From Candidatus Fermentibacteraceae bacterium (GTDB lineage: Bacteria > Fermentibacterota > Fermentibacteria > Fermentibacterales > JCC-6), in assembly GCA_041686025.1 (NCBI GenBank), contig JAWLEP010000029.1:2776-38233 (forward strand): 35,458 bases of DNA. The letters are read 5' to 3'. A program made the translations under genes and the position numbers. Positions 21,663 through 29,956 of the stretch are shown here, piece by piece (position 1 is the first letter of the stretch; the number at the start of each line of letters is the position of its first letter). The notes beneath the pieces were generated by a model that was not told where the DNA came from, did not search any database, and worked only from the letters and a program-made list of their open reading frames with translations.

Positions 21663-23717
21663 TCAGCGGCGCCGCAGCGCCAGGACCGCGCCGGGGACCG
21701 CCATGATCCCGGCAACGGCCAGCAGGGAGAGGGCGGCCCCCAGCAGGGGGAAGAGCACCAGGGGGAGCAGCACTCCGCCGGCGGCGCTTCCCGAAAGGTC
21801 GGCCATCTCCAGCAGCCCCACGTTTCTCCGTCCCCCTCCCGCCGCCTCCGCCGCCAGAGGGAACTGCGCCCCCGCTGCCGCTCCCAGGACCAGCAGCCCC
21901 GCCAGGGCGATTGCGGCCAGGGGCGCGGTGGTGAGGACCCCCCAGTCGTAGAGGGCGCAAACGGCCGCCAGCATCAGCACCGCGCCCAGGGCAACCGCGT
22001 GCACCCTGCCCAGCCCCGACATCCTGCCCCTCTCCCCCAGCCAGGCGCCAGCCGCCAGCCCCCCCATGGCGCAGGCGGAGACCAGGCCCACCAGCGAGTA
22101 GGAGTACCCCAGGGTGGACTGGATGATCAGTATCACCGCCGTCTCCGCCGATATCTCGCCCAGCCCGATGGAGGATAGGGAGAGGCACAGGGAGCGCCTG
22201 CCGCGGTGGATCATGGCTATTCCCAGCAGGAGGCCGCACACCCCCAGCAGCGCCCAGGGAGCGGGCCCCAGGCCGGACCTCCCTCCGGTGCGGACCCTCC
22301 ACAGCTCCCCCGCCGTCTCCACCGCCGAGGGTCTCAGGTCCCGGTTGGGCCTGGCGCTCACTCCGGAAAGCTGGTCGGCGAAGGCCGACAGCCGCCATTC
22401 GGAGAGCTCGAACTCCAGCGTTCCCGGGGTCAGCCAGACGGTCTCCGCGCCCGACTCCTCCAGAAGGCGTGCCAGCCGGTCTCCGCCCACCCGCAGGGAG
22501 TCCCGGCGGGAGAAGAGGAACAGCGCTCCGCCCAGGGGGATCACCCGGGCGGCGGAGAACCGCTGCCTGCCGGCGGCCATGACGGCCTCCACCAGCACGG
22601 CGTCCCGGGGCAGCATGCGGTTGCGGCCCACGTGGAAGCCGAAGCTCAGAACGCCCCCTTCGGAGAGCCTGCGGGAGGCAAGCTCCATGAGCTCTGCGGT
22701 GTAGAAGCGGTTGGCGGCCAGGGAGAGGGGCAGGCCGCCGTCGATGATCACCAGGTCGGCGTCATCCTCCATTCCCGACAGCCAGGCCCTTCCGTCCCCC
22801 TCCACCAGCGTGACCTCCCCGGGAAGACGGTCCTCGCCCACCAGGGCCCGGCCCGTGAGGGCCACCATCACCACCTCCTCCACTCCCGGCCAGTCCGCCA
22901 GCAGGGAGGCGGTCGCCGTGCTGTAGCCGATGTACACCACCCTGCGGGGGCCGGCCAGGAGGAGGGGCACCACCGCAGCGGTCTCGGATGTCTCGGGTGT
23001 GCCGGCGGAGCCCACCAGGACGCCGCCCAGGTAGACGGCGGGCTGTCCCCCCCGCGGGACCACGGAGACCTCCCCGTAGGCGGAGGGGAAGCTCCGCGCG
23101 TCTTCCCCGGGCAGGCTGGACTCCATGACCTCCTGCAGCCTGTCGGGAAGCCCGGAGAGGCCGATGCCCAGGGCGGCGGCGGCCAGGAGAGAGGCGGCCG
23201 GGACGGAGGCCGCGAGAAGACCGGCCCCGGCCAGTCCCAGCCCCGCCACCAGCATCCACGGCGTAAGCAGGTGAGGCGAGAGGAGCAGAAACGCAAGGCC
23301 GCCGGCCACCGCCCCCAGGGCCTCCAGCATGTAGGCCCGGGCGGCCCGGAGCAGCTCGAAGGGCTGGACGAAGACCAGGCCCGCCAGCATGCCGGAAGGC
23401 AGGACGCACAGGGAGGGCGGAAGGGACCCCGCCCGCAGCAGCACGACGGCCAGGGCGGCTGCCGGAACCAGGAGCCCCGCTCCCAGCCCCCAGCCGAGGC
23501 GGGGGCTTCGCAGCCGCGACCCCAATGCCGCGCCCAGCCCCGACCCCAGGAGCCACCCCGCCAGCAGCAGGCCGGTCTGGAGCTCCGCCAGCCGCTGGCC
23601 GTAGAGGCCCTCCCGCAGCAGCACCGACTGGCTGAAGACCGAGATCAGGCCTCCGGCGAGGGCGGCCATTCGGGGATGGATTCGCCGGCCTCCCGTGCCG
23701 CTAGCCTCCCTCTTCAC
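21663..23717 (-). CDS. Membrane-fused spermidine-synthase-like protein (TM block, methyltransferase-fold domain, TM block), degenerate
   Basis: Hydrophobic N- and C-terminal blocks flank SAYGEV, DGRAWL, DLVIID, NRFYTAE, GGVL, NRDLRP. Start uncertain (23717 GTG or 23669 ATG). Confidence 0.72.
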   Translation of the reverse strand: MKREASGTGGRRIHPRMAALAGGLISVFSQSVLLREGLYGQRLAELQTGLLLAGWLLGSGLGAALGSRLRSPRLGWGLGAGLLVPAAALAVVLLRAGSLPPSLCVLPSGMLAGLVFVQPFELLRAARAYMLEALGAVAGGLAFLLLSPHLLTPWMLVAGLGLAGAGLLAASVPAASLLAAAALGIGLSGLPDRLQEVMESSLPGEDARSFPSAYGEVSVVPRGGQPAVYLGGVLVGSAGTPETSETAAVVPLLLAGPRRVVYIGYSTATASLLADWPGVEEVVMVALTGRALVGEDRLPGEVTLVEGDGRAWLSGMEDDADLVIIDGGLPLSLAANRFYTAELMELASRRLSEGGVLSFGFHVGRNRMLPRDAVLVEAVMAAGRQRFSAARVIPLGGALFLFSRRDSLRVGGDRLARLLEESGAETVWLTPGTLEFELSEWRLSAFADQLSGVSARPNRDLRPSAVETAGELWRVRTGGRSGLGPAPWALLGVCGLLLGIAMIHRGRRSLCLSLSSIGLGEISAETAVILIIQSTLGYSYSLVGLVSACAMGGLAAGAWLGERGRMSGLGRVHAVALGAVLMLAAVCALYDWGVLTTAPLAAIALAGLLVLGAAAGAQFPLAAEAAGGGRRNVGLLEMADLSGSAAGGVLLPLVLFPLLGAALSLLAVAGIMAVPGAVLALRRR

Positions 23718-24195
23718 GGGACCCCGAGTCCCTCCGGGCCCGCGGGCCGGCGGTCTCCAGCCACCCGCACCTGATGCCCTCTTTCCTGTCGCGGTCGGTG
23801 TAGGGCTTGATGTCCAGCAGGGGCGTTCCGTCGGCCATGTCCACCCCCCGCACGTGGAGGAACCTCCCGTCCCTGCCCAGCAGCGTGACCACGGTCAGGG
23901 CCAGGGGATTCACCCGGTAGGGGCTGCGGGTGGCGAACAGCCCCCGCGGCGGGGGTATGGAGTGCCTGGTGGGACAGCAGGTGAGCTCGCAGCCCTCGGA
24001 CCTGTGAAACAGCCAGATGACGAAGAGGTGCGAGAAGCCCTCCACGTCCTGCAGGGCCTTCTCGTATCGGCTGCAGATCTCAAGGCGGCCCTCCGCCTCC
24101 TCCGGCTCCTCCACGTCCCGGGGTCCGGAGAAGGGCGTGTGGGCCACGCCTATGGGGACCAGCCGGGGAGAGTCTCCGCCCCGCTTCGCCGTCAT
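23701..24195 (-). CDS. tsaA: TsaA/TrmO-family SAM-binding protein (tRNA m6t6A37 methyltransferase-like)
   Basis: PIGVAHTPF, GFSHLFVIWLFH, GLFATRSPYRVNPL, DMADGTPLLDIKPY. ATGA overlap with the upstream gene. Confidence 0.9.
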   Translation of the reverse strand: MTAKRGGDSPRLVPIGVAHTPFSGPRDVEEPEEAEGRLEICSRYEKALQDVEGFSHLFVIWLFHRSEGCELTCCPTRHSIPPPRGLFATRSPYRVNPLALTVVTLLGRDGRFLHVRGVDMADGTPLLDIKPYTDRDRKEGIRCGWLETAGPRARRDSGSREEGG

Positions 24196-25694
24196 TGCGC
24201 GCCGGGGGAGAAGACCTGGGCGCCGAAGCGGAACAGAAGCGCCCGGTCCGGGTCGTAGCCGTCCGGCGGAAGGCCGGCCTTCATGGCCAGGTTGCGGACG
24301 TACTCCCTGCGGTCCCAGCCCTGCTCCACCGGGACCTGGGGCAGCAGGACCCCGGACCTGCCGCCCTGGATCAGGTACAGGCCGTCCTCTCCCACCTCCA
24401 CCTGCGAGGTGTCCTCCACCAGCCGCAGCGGAGACAGCACCGATATCTCCAGCCGGATCTCCTCCAGCTCGTCCCGGGAGATGGGGGGGAAGCGGGGATC
24501 CTCATCGGCCGCCTGCCGCGCCATCCGGGCCACCGCCTCTCCCAGGGGCTGGACCGGGCGTATGGAGCCGATGCAGCCCCGGAGCTCGCCCCCCCGGCGG
24601 TAGGTAACGAAGGCTCCCCGGGGAAGCTGCAGCTCGGGGTCGGCCGGCTCGTACTCGCCGGGGGGTTCGTCCGCCGCCGCCCTCTCCAGCTCTGCGCGGG
24701 CCATCTCGCACAGCCTCTGCCGGGTCTGCGCGGAGATCTCATCGCCGGAGTCACCCGGCGGCACGGTGGTGACAATGGCGGCATAGCCCACGGTGCGGCC
24801 CGGATCGCCGCCGCGGTCGGCGCTGTTGGACAGCTCCAGCAGCCGGCTGCTCCATCCGCGGTGCAGCCGGTTGTAGTAGAGGGCGGCGGTCATGGGAAGC
24901 CTGCCGCAGGCCAGCGTGGAGACCCCCGGACGGGATGCCCCCGCCGTGAACGACGCGAACTCCTCCGGGTCCCCCTCCAGGTAGCTCTCCACGGTCCCCG
25001 AGTCCACCGTCTCGGCCACCTCCGCGGTCGGGTAGTGAGAGAGGTCCGAGCTGGCCAGCACCAGAACCCGTCTGTCGGCTCCCTCGGCGTACATCAGCTC
25101 CGCCAGGAAGGCCAGGTCGTCGGTGGGGCAGCCGCCTATGAGGACGGGCACCACCGAGAAGTCCCCGGGCAGGACCCTCTTCAGGAAGGGAAGCTGCACC
25201 TCTATGGAGTGCTCCCGGACGTGGGGGTCCCGCCCCAGCTCCGCGGCCGGATGAGCCTCGGCCAGGCGCCGGGCGGCGGCCCGGGCCACCGGGACGCTCC
25301 CCAGAGGCGTGGCGCAGGAGTCTGCGTCCAGCACCGAGATGCCCCTCAGCGGGTAGCTGTGGGCGGGGGCCAGGATGTAGACCAGGTCGAGGCTGTCGCC
25401 GGAGAGCGCCGCGTAGACCTCGGCTGCGGCGGGAGCGGAGAAGCGGTACCCGGCGTGGGGGACCACGGCCGAGATTATCCGTCCCTCCCCGACCTCGGCA
25501 TCGGTCATGGCCAGGTACCCGTCCACCGCCACGGCCAGCTCGTCTGCGCCCCCGGGGTAGAACTGCCCGGCAAAGGCGGCGGGCCTGGTCCAGGCAGGCG
25601 GGGAGGGGGACGACACCTGGTCGGGGTCTGGGTCGCTGTCCCCTCCGGCGCAGCAGGCCAGCAGGATCAGTCCCAGGGCCGCGGTGCGCATCAT
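24192..25694 (-). CDS. amrB: AmmeMemoRadiSam protein B-A fusion (MEMO1 plus AMMECR1) with lipoprotein signal
   Basis: MEMO1 motifs RPAAFAGQFYP, PHAGY, EHSIEVQLPF, SSDLSHY, VGYAA. AMMECR1 motifs GAFVT, LRGCIG, DPRFPP, EISVLS, GVLLPQV, KAGL. N-terminus MMRTAALGLILLAC. Confidence 0.92.
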   Translation of the reverse strand: MMRTAALGLILLACCAGGDSDPDPDQVSSPSPPAWTRPAAFAGQFYPGGADELAVAVDGYLAMTDAEVGEGRIISAVVPHAGYRFSAPAAAEVYAALSGDSLDLVYILAPAHSYPLRGISVLDADSCATPLGSVPVARAAARRLAEAHPAAELGRDPHVREHSIEVQLPFLKRVLPGDFSVVPVLIGGCPTDDLAFLAELMYAEGADRRVLVLASSDLSHYPTAEVAETVDSGTVESYLEGDPEEFASFTAGASRPGVSTLACGRLPMTAALYYNRLHRGWSSRLLELSNSADRGGDPGRTVGYAAIVTTVPPGDSGDEISAQTRQRLCEMARAELERAAADEPPGEYEPADPELQLPRGAFVTYRRGGELRGCIGSIRPVQPLGEAVARMARQAADEDPRFPPISRDELEEIRLEISVLSPLRLVEDTSQVEVGEDGLYLIQGGRSGVLLPQVPVEQGWDRREYVRNLAMKAGLPPDGYDPDRALLFRFGAQVFSPGAQ

Positions 25695-25873
25695 CCCGCC
25701 AGCTTCCTGTAGTGGCGGGCCCTCCTTCTGGAGAGGCGGCCCTCCCGGCCCGGGTCTTCGCCCCCCGTCCGCAGGGGCCACAGGGCCCCCAGTCCCGCCA
25801 GCCCGGCCAGGCCGGCGGCGGCCCTTCTCAGGAATCTCCTTCTGTCCATTCGGCCTGAACTCTTCGGTCTCAT
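25691..25873 (-). CDS. 60-aa twin-arginine-signal small protein
   Basis: MRPKSSGRMDRRRFLRRAAAGLAGLAGLGALWPL...LSRRRARHYRKLAG. ATGA overlaps at both ends (amrS stop and amrB start). Confidence 0.75.
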   Translation of the reverse strand: MRPKSSGRMDRRRFLRRAAAGLAGLAGLGALWPLRTGGEDPGREGRLSRRRARHYRKLAG

Positions 25874-26847
25874 TGCCAAACCCCCGGTATCTCACGGCCG
25901 CACTCGGCGCATCTTCGGTCTTCGATTCCGTTCTCGACGATGCGGAAGCGGTCCCTCCGCACCACCGCCCGTCCGCATTCGGGGCAGAAGGTGTCGTCCC
26001 CCCGGCTGGTGACCACGTTGCCCACGTATACGTACCGCAGGCCGGCACCGGACGCGATCTCACCCGCCCGCTCCAGCGTCTGCAGCGGCGTGGGCGGCCG
26101 GTCGGTCATCCTGTAGGTGGGGAAGAACCTGCTGAAGTGCAGGGGCACGTCGGGCCCCAGGTTGTCCGCGATCCAGGAGCAGAGCTCCTCCAGGTCCTCC
26201 TCGGAGTCGTTCAGCCCCGGCACCACCAGGTTGGTTACCTCCAGCCAGACGCCCATCTCCCGCAGGACCTCCAGCGTGTTCAGCACCGGCCCCACGGTTC
26301 CGTGGCACACCGTGCGGTAGTAGTCGTCGCGGATGCTCTTGAGGTCAACGTTGACCGCGTCGATAAGGGGGGCCAGCTCCCGCAGCGGCCCCTCGTTTAT
26401 GTAGCCGGCGGTGACCATGATGTTTCCCATCCCCGCCTCCCGGGCCAGCCGGGCGGTGTCCTCCACGTACTCGTAGAAGACGATGGGCTCGGTGTAGGTA
26501 TAGGCCACGGATGAGCAGCCGGTCTCCTCGGCCCGGGAGACCACCTCTCCGGGCTCCATGCGGTAGGGGGGCACGTCCTCCGGAGCGGCCTGGGATATCT
26601 CCCAGTTCTGGCAGAACTCGCAGCCCAGGTTGCAGCCGGCGGTGGCTATGGAGAAGGTCTTCGTCCCGGGCAGGTAGTGGTAAACGGGCTTCTTCTCCAC
26701 CGGATCCACGTGGGCGGCCACCGGCCGGCCGTAGACCAGGCTCACCAGCTCGCCGTCCAGGTTCATCCTTACCCGGCAGGTGCCCCGCTGGCCCTCCTCC
26801 AGCCGGCAGGTGTGGGGACAGAGGAGGCACTGAACGCTTCCCGACAT
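25870..26847 (-). CDS. amrS: AmmeMemoRadiSam radical SAM enzyme
   Basis: CLLCPHTC, GTCRVR, DPVEKKP, CNLGCEFCQNWEISQ (CxxxCxxC), YTYTEP, NVDLK, HFSRFFP, YVYVGNV, terminal CPEC/CAEC. Confidence 0.95.
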   Translation of the reverse strand: MSGSVQCLLCPHTCRLEEGQRGTCRVRMNLDGELVSLVYGRPVAAHVDPVEKKPVYHYLPGTKTFSIATAGCNLGCEFCQNWEISQAAPEDVPPYRMEPGEVVSRAEETGCSSVAYTYTEPIVFYEYVEDTARLAREAGMGNIMVTAGYINEGPLRELAPLIDAVNVDLKSIRDDYYRTVCHGTVGPVLNTLEVLREMGVWLEVTNLVVPGLNDSEEDLEELCSWIADNLGPDVPLHFSRFFPTYRMTDRPPTPLQTLERAGEIASGAGLRYVYVGNVVTSRGDDTFCPECGRAVVRRDRFRIVENGIEDRRCAECGREIPGVWQ

Positions 26848-26848
26848 G

Positions 26849-27121
26849 CTACCGCCGCTCCTCCCCTGTGGAGTCCTCCTCCAGCTCGATCGACCACTTC
26901 GCAGGATGCCGGGTGAGAAAGCCCCGGCGGATAAGCTCCCGGAACCGCTCCATGTCCACGAAGGAGGGCGGCCTCACCGCCACCGTCCGGGCCGAGTCGG
27001 CCCTGGAGACTATCTCCCAGAGGATACCCGTCCGGCCGGTGCCCGTTCCCCCTTCGCCGGGGTCCCGGGCAGCGGCGGCCACGGTGAGCGCCAGGGCCAT
27101 TGGCAACAGCGTACGTTTCAT
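26849..27121 (-). CDS. 90-aa secreted hypothetical protein, first gene of the amr operon or split amrS N-terminus
   Basis: C-terminal part of track ORF 26849..27892. Sec-type signal MKRTLLPMALALTVAAAA; stop is 1 nt before the amrS ATG. Confidence 0.6.
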   Translation of the reverse strand: MKRTLLPMALALTVAAAARDPGEGGTGTGRTGILWEIVSRADSARTVAVRPPSFVDMERFRELIRRGFLTRHPAKWSIELEEDSTGEERR

Positions 27122-27175
27122 GTAGTGCATAATAAGAAGAGGGTTTCCGCAATCCAAGGCCCGGAGGTTATCGAG

Positions 27176-27952
27176 ATGGCAAGGTCTTCCTCCATAGAGG
27201 CTTACGTCACGCTGAGGTTCTACGCCGAGCTGGGCGACTTCCTGCCTGAGGAGAAGCGGGGAAGGGCCTTTCGCCGACCGCTGCCCGCCGGAGCAACGGT
27301 GAAGCACGTCATCGAGTCCGCCGGCGTGCCCCACACCGAGGTGGAGCTGGTGCTCCGCAACGGCGAGTCGGTGGGGTTCGGGGACCGTCCCCGGCCCGGC
27401 GACCGGCTGAGCGTCTACCCCGTCTTCGAGAGCCTGGACGTCTCGCCCCTGGTGCGTGTGAGGGAGGAGCCCCTGAGGAAGACGCGCTTCGTCCTGGACG
27501 TTCACCTGGGCAAGCTGGCGCTGATACTCCGGCTTCTGGGCTTCGACGCCCTGTTCCCCGGCGACTGCGACGACGGGGAGCTGGCCCGCATCTCCGCCGA
27601 GACCGGCAGGATACTGCTCACCAGGGACATCGGCCTGCTGAAGCGCAGCGCGGTTACCCACGGCTGCTACATCCGCTCCGACGACCCCACCGAGCAGGCG
27701 GGGGAGGTGCTGGACCGGCTGGACCTCCGCGGCCGCGTGGAGCCCTTTCGCCGCTGCGCCCGCTGCGGCGGAGAGCTGCAGGAGGTGGACAAGGAGGAGA
27801 TACTCCATCGGCTGGAGCCCCTGACGAAGAGGTACTACCACCAGTTTCGGACGTGTCCCGACTGCGGCAGGATCTACTGGAAGGGCAGCCACTACCCGGC
27901 CCTGAAGAAGCTCCTGGAAGACCTGGGTGTAGGCAACGACGACGGCGACTGA
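27176..27952 (+). CDS. Ubiquitin-like plus Mut7-C (PIN-fold) RNase domain protein
   Basis: LRFYAELGDFLP, GVPHTEVEL, FVLDVHLGKLA..LRLLGFD, RILLTRD, RCARC, CPDCGRIYWKGSHY. GGAGG RBS. Confidence 0.92.
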   Translation: MARSSSIEAYVTLRFYAELGDFLPEEKRGRAFRRPLPAGATVKHVIESAGVPHTEVELVLRNGESVGFGDRPRPGDRLSVYPVFESLDVSPLVRVREEPLRKTRFVLDVHLGKLALILRLLGFDALFPGDCDDGELARISAETGRILLTRDIGLLKRSAVTHGCYIRSDDPTEQAGEVLDRLDLRGRVEPFRRCARCGGELQEVDKEEILHRLEPLTKRYYHQFRTCPDCGRIYWKGSHYPALKKLLEDLGVGNDDGD

Positions 27953-27959
27953 CCCCGGA

Positions 27960-28496
27960 TCAGATCTCCCGGCAGCTCACGAAGAGCATTCGGGGAATCC
28001 TCCCGGAAGCGGACAGCCGCACTCCCTCCATATCCAGCAGCGTGCGCTTCATGTCGACACCTCCCCGGTACCCCCCCAGGCCTCCGTCGGCTCGTACGGT
28101 GCGATGGCAGGGTATCACCAGCGGGAAGGGGTTGGCGGCCAGGGCCCGGCCCACCGCCCGCGCGGCCCCGGTATGCCCGGCGGCTTCGGCCAGCCCGCCG
28201 TAGCTGATCACGCGGCCGCGGGGTACGCGGCACTCCGCCTCCAGCACCCTTCTCTGGAACCGGCTGCAGGAGCCCAGGTCCAGCAGGCCGGTGGCCGGCT
28301 CGACGGCACAGCCCTCCAGCATCCTGCGGATGCTCCCGCAGAGCTCGTCCACCGCCGGGCAGCTTCGCATCCGGGGCGGATAGGGGCTGCCGGGCAGGGC
28401 TATGCGCAGTACTACCGGCCTGCCCCGGCGGACCCGCCAGACGACTGCCAGCCGGCCGAACTGCGAATCGACTTCCGCGGAGTACCTCGTCTGCAT
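27960..28496 (-). CDS. ogt: Methylated-DNA-protein-cysteine methyltransferase
   Basis: FQRRVL, VPRGRVISYGGLA, ARAVG, NPFPLVIPCHR, GGYRGG. Confidence 0.92.
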   Translation of the reverse strand: MQTRYSAEVDSQFGRLAVVWRVRRGRPVVLRIALPGSPYPPRMRSCPAVDELCGSIRRMLEGCAVEPATGLLDLGSCSRFQRRVLEAECRVPRGRVISYGGLAEAAGHTGAARAVGRALAANPFPLVIPCHRTVRADGGLGGYRGGVDMKRTLLDMEGVRLSASGRIPRMLFVSCREI

Positions 28497-28558
28497 GTGT
28501 CGCCGTTCCAGGATTGCACTCTCTTCTGAACTCCGGTGGCCGGAAAGCGGGACAGCCG

Positions 28559-29833
28559 TCAGGCGCGGCCCTCCAGCTCCTCCTCCACCTGTTTCATCAC
28601 CCTGTCGAAGTTGAGCTCCGCCGGGCTGCCGGAGGCCGCCAGCAGGGCCTTGGTCAGATCCTCGGTGGTTGATTCCAGCGCCTCCATGAAGCGCCACCGG
28701 GCGAACTGCCTGCGGGGGTCCTCGGCGTCTGTACCGTAGAGCAGGTCGATCAGCTCCTCGATCATCTGATCCATCTCGTAGAGCTTCAGGTGCAGCAGCT
28801 CGTGGACCACCAGCTCCTCGATGAACGAGTCGTCCACCTCGTGATGCACCATAAGCACCGCCATGCGGTTGGAGGTGTCGATCTTGATGTCCCCCCTCTT
28901 CCGCCAGTCCTGCTGCACTACCGTGTGCCGGATGTCCCAGTCCTGCAGGCGGAGTATCCCCGACCACCTCTGGATCAGGGCTTCCGGCTTGATTCCTTCG
29001 GGCTTCATGGCTTCCCTTTCCGTGCGGGCCGGGTCCCGGGTCCGACTCCGTGACGGCCTCTGCCCCGAGGCCGCTCTCTCCACGGATGTCGACGGGGCCA
29101 GCGTCCGTTCGCCCCGGGGCAGCATCTCCGATATCGCATACGCCGTGACAAAGACCAGGGGCAGGTGGATGAAGTAGGCCGGCAGGGCGTGGCGGCCCAG
29201 GTAACGCAGCGGCCGGGACCTGCGCCTGCCGGCCCCGGTCATGTCCGGCCGGCCGCCGCGGACCATGATCCTGCCGGCGAACATGCCCAGGAACACAACG
29301 CCTATCCATGGAAGAACCGGGTAGATGTCGATGGTGTACACCGGGTGGTGCAGGCCCAGCCATACCAGCCAGGGGAAGTCGAAGCTCATGCTCTGCAGCT
29401 GGATTCCCGCCGCCAGGAGCAGGACGCCCAGCAGGAGGTTGAGCCAGGTGAAGCGGATGAAGGGGAAGGCCAGGACGATGGCCAGGCCTATGAAGTGAAG
29501 AATGCCGAAAAAGACGAAGCCCTCCGGCTTGAACACCAGTGAGCCCAAAGTGATGATCAGGCCGTAGCCGAAGATCCGACCGCCCCTCGACAGGTACTTG
29601 CCGGCGGAGGCCGAGGGGGAATGGCTCAGGACCAGGCTCACCCCCACCAGGGAGATGAACAGCCCGCCGGTGGCCTTCTGGAAGAGGTTCCAGAAGCCGT
29701 CGAACGGAGCGGGTGCGTCCACGCCGAAGTAGGCCAGGCTCCACTGCAGATGGAACGCCACCATCATGAGCACCGCGACACCGCGCAGAAGGTCTATCTG
29801 CGGTACGCGGCGCCCTCTGCGTTCATCGTTCAT
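28559..29833 (-). CDS. DUF1624 (HGSNAT-like) membrane protein in frame with a C-terminal HExxH domain; possibly two genes
   Basis: IDLLRGVAVLMMVAFH, FGILHFIG, DIYPVLPW, LGRHALPAYFIH, then a polar linker and a domain with VVHELLH. In-frame internal ATG at 29008 with a purine-rich RBS-like sequence. Confidence 0.75.
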   Translation of the reverse strand: MNDERRGRRVPQIDLLRGVAVLMMVAFHLQWSLAYFGVDAPAPFDGFWNLFQKATGGLFISLVGVSLVLSHSPSASAGKYLSRGGRIFGYGLIITLGSLVFKPEGFVFFGILHFIGLAIVLAFPFIRFTWLNLLLGVLLLAAGIQLQSMSFDFPWLVWLGLHHPVYTIDIYPVLPWIGVVFLGMFAGRIMVRGGRPDMTGAGRRRSRPLRYLGRHALPAYFIHLPLVFVTAYAISEMLPRGERTLAPSTSVERAASGQRPSRSRTRDPARTEREAMKPEGIKPEALIQRWSGILRLQDWDIRHTVVQQDWRKRGDIKIDTSNRMAVLMVHHEVDDSFIEELVVHELLHLKLYEMDQMIEELIDLLYGTDAEDPRRQFARWRFMEALESTTEDLTKALLAASGSPAELNFDRVMKQVEEELEGRA

Positions 29834-29956
29834 GCAGCTTCCCGTCCAGGCTCGGGGTGATGACTTCCGCAATCAATATCGTTATCCAAGACCAGGCAGC
29901 AAATGGAATTCCGGCGGATCCTCACGGTTCCGGCGATGAGCAGGGAGGAAACAAAG

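Noticed and set aside
25695..26063. N-terminal extension of the 623-aa AmrB/A ORF
   Set aside because: It overlaps amrS and the Tat peptide in another frame. The ATGA-coupled start at 25694 gives a clean lipoprotein signal.
28497..29744. 594-aa ORF implying a large Ogt fusion
   Set aside because: The upstream part is an alternate-frame shadow of the DUF1624/HExxH gene.
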